This document shows, in pieces, positions 62,073-64,000 of a DNA stretch of 64,000 bases. Numbering within the stretch: position 1 is the stretch's first letter; the number at the start of each line of letters is the position of its first letter. Origin of the DNA: Cercozoa sp. M6MM (taxonomy: Eukaryota; Protista; Endomyxa: Ascetosporea); assembly GCA_040357565.1 (NCBI GenBank), contig JBDODJ010000002.1. One strand, written 5' to 3'. The notes beneath the pieces were generated by a model. That model searched no databases and was not told the DNA's origin. It saw only the letters and a list, made by a program, of their open reading frames with translations. The position numbers were made by a program, and so were the translations under genes.

Positions 62073-64000
62073 TCCTAAAATACAAAGAACATGAATCGAT
62101 TCGACTGCTATCACAAGAGAGAGACGTGGACAACATCGAGCAAATCAATGACACAGTCGAAGACATCACCAAAGCCACGCAGGAAGCCATAGAAGAGGCA
62201 ACACCCACCAAAATAATCACCCAACACTCATGCCTAGGCATATCGGTCGACTCGATAAAAATCAAGAGGAACACATATAGCACCATGAAACTTATTAAGG
62301 AACTGAAAAACAAAAATGAAGATGCGTCTGAACTCGAAGCACTCCTCAAAAACATGAGAAAACAACTCAGACAAAGCCTTCGCATTGATAGACAAGCACT
62401 ATGGCAGGAGAGAGTGGCCAGACTAAACGCACACACAACAATCGGGGAGACCACTCGACTACTGAGAAACATCAATGACAGAGAAACAAATGGCGCTACC
62501 AGAGCCTCAACAATTGAGGGTGCCTCAGAAGACAAAGCCATCGCAGAGATCTTCGCAGAACACTTACAAAAGAAAACCACACTAGACTGGTCCTAATTCG
62601 CAATGAACAATGAAGTACTCGGAGAGAACAGATTTGCACAACAACACCAAGAGGTGTTACAACAGGCAGCACAACTGCAACAAGCACCAAAACTATGGAC
62701 AATGGACGAACTGGAAGCTGCAATCAACACTCTTCCGCCTTTCAAGGCACCTGGCAGAGACAAAATCATGAACCACCACATCATACACCTACCAGATGAG
62801 GCCAAACAACTGCTACTGAAGGTCTACAATGCCTGTCTCACACATGGGTACTTCCCGAAGGCATGGAAACATGCAACTATAGTGATGCTACCCAAGCCTG
62901 GCAAGGACTGTACAAAGGCAGCTTCCTACCGACCCATCTCGCTGCTGCCGTGCCTCGGCAAGCTACTGGACAAACTCATGAACGAGAGAGCATCCCAACA
63001 AATGAACACACAGTAAATTTATGTATCCAAGTACCAATCTGGGTGGAAACAACACATGTCAACGCTAGACACGCTGGCTTACATACAACAGCAGGCAAAA
63101 ATGGCAAAGAAAGCAGGAGAGTACATGACAGTCATTAGTCTAGACATCAAAGGCTTCTTCGACAAGCTCCACAAAGAGGGCGCAATCATTGCCCTGTCTA
63201 AACATGTGAATGGCAAAGAACTGCTACTCATGGAGTCCTTCCTCTCAGACAGAACTATCTCGGTGAGAAGAAACGACACCGAATCAACAGACAAACGAGT
63301 CAACGGCAGTACTCCCCAAGGGGCCATCTGCAGCCCTCTACTCGCAAAGACCTTCCTCGATGACATGCACATACAACTGCAAAGAACAGGAGAACACATG
63401 AAACGACACCCCCGTAGTTATAAAATTAAAGGAGCAGTAACCACTGCACACAGTGTCGGATACGCCGATGACTCATACGTCATAGTAAGAACAACAAAGA
63501 GATCAGACATGCAGGAAGCTTGTAAGCGCCTCTTGGACACGGCCACCACCTGGGCAAAACGCAACGGCATGGAATTTGCACCCACAAAGACTCAGTTCAT
63601 CCAACTGGGAAAGAAGACAATCAGAGACCTAAAAATCAGAATGAAAACACTGTCCCACAACAACGAGAGAGAAGACATTGAGCAAGTAGACAAAATGAGA
63701 ATCTTAGGTCTCCTCATAGACAGAAACCTGTCGTACGAGGCGCACGCAGAGCAACTACACCACAAAATCACTCGGAGGATCAACACACTGAAAAGACTGA
63801 TTTACACGAGGTCTGGACTCACACAATACCTAGCGGTACAGATCTACAAAGCATGGATACTGTCATGCGCTCGATACGGCATCGCGCTCTGGTGGCACAA
63901 AATTGGCAGCTCAAAATGGAGGAGAAAACTCGAAAAAGCACAACGCACCGCCCTGAGGATCTGCATGAGACTACCCACGAGCTCTCCCAACGAGGCAGTG
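62073..64000 (+). mobile_element. 5'-truncated non-LTR retrotransposon (LINE) reverse transcriptase, intronless, two in-frame TAA stops (62594, 63014); continues past the window
   Basis: KAPGRDKI, FPKAWKHATIVMLPKPGK, SYRPISLLPCLGKLLDK, YQSG, ISLDIKGFFDKL, TPQGAICSPLL, YADD, RILGLLIDRNL; A-rich sense strand. Confidence 0.95.

Noticed and set aside
62594-63016. Two in-frame TAA codons in the RT suggesting TAA reassignment to Gln
   Set aside because: TAA ends the tail-collar gene exactly at the family C-terminus and also ends the NHE and UBL genes; TAG and TGA are also used as stops; I saw no in-frame TAA in conserved host exons. Ordinary nonsense mutations are sufficient.

Overview
Compact, very intron-rich nuclear DNA from a unicellular eukaryote; the taxon cannot be determined from the sequence. 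About 22 protein-coding genes are split by short GT-AG introns, mostly about 55-70 nt, with very degenerate donor sites, so most ORF-track entries are exon/intron chimeras. Gene models below were spliced by hand. Recognisable products: NHE8-like Na+/H+ exchanger, HIBCH, GUP1-like MBOAT, IMP1/2 peptidase, metaxin-like, UBL/BAG6-like, DGAT1, Sen54-like, ENTH/epsinR, old yellow enzyme, protoglobin-type globin, ELMOD, PP2C, RPB9, GNAT, OTU deubiquitinase, a large RGS-domain protein, FAAH-like amidase and DNA polymerase alpha, plus a degraded LINE, repeat fragments, microsatellites and two 100-N gaps. The standout is a gene the ORF track does not show as a whole (19479-20492, minus strand). It encodes a complete bacterial/phage-type tail-collar ('microcystin-dependent protein'/tail-fibre-like) protein of 207 aa, interrupted by six host-type spliceosomal introns and preceded by a strikingly phased palindromic promoter array. 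This points to a domesticated prokaryotic/phage tail-fibre gene in a protist.
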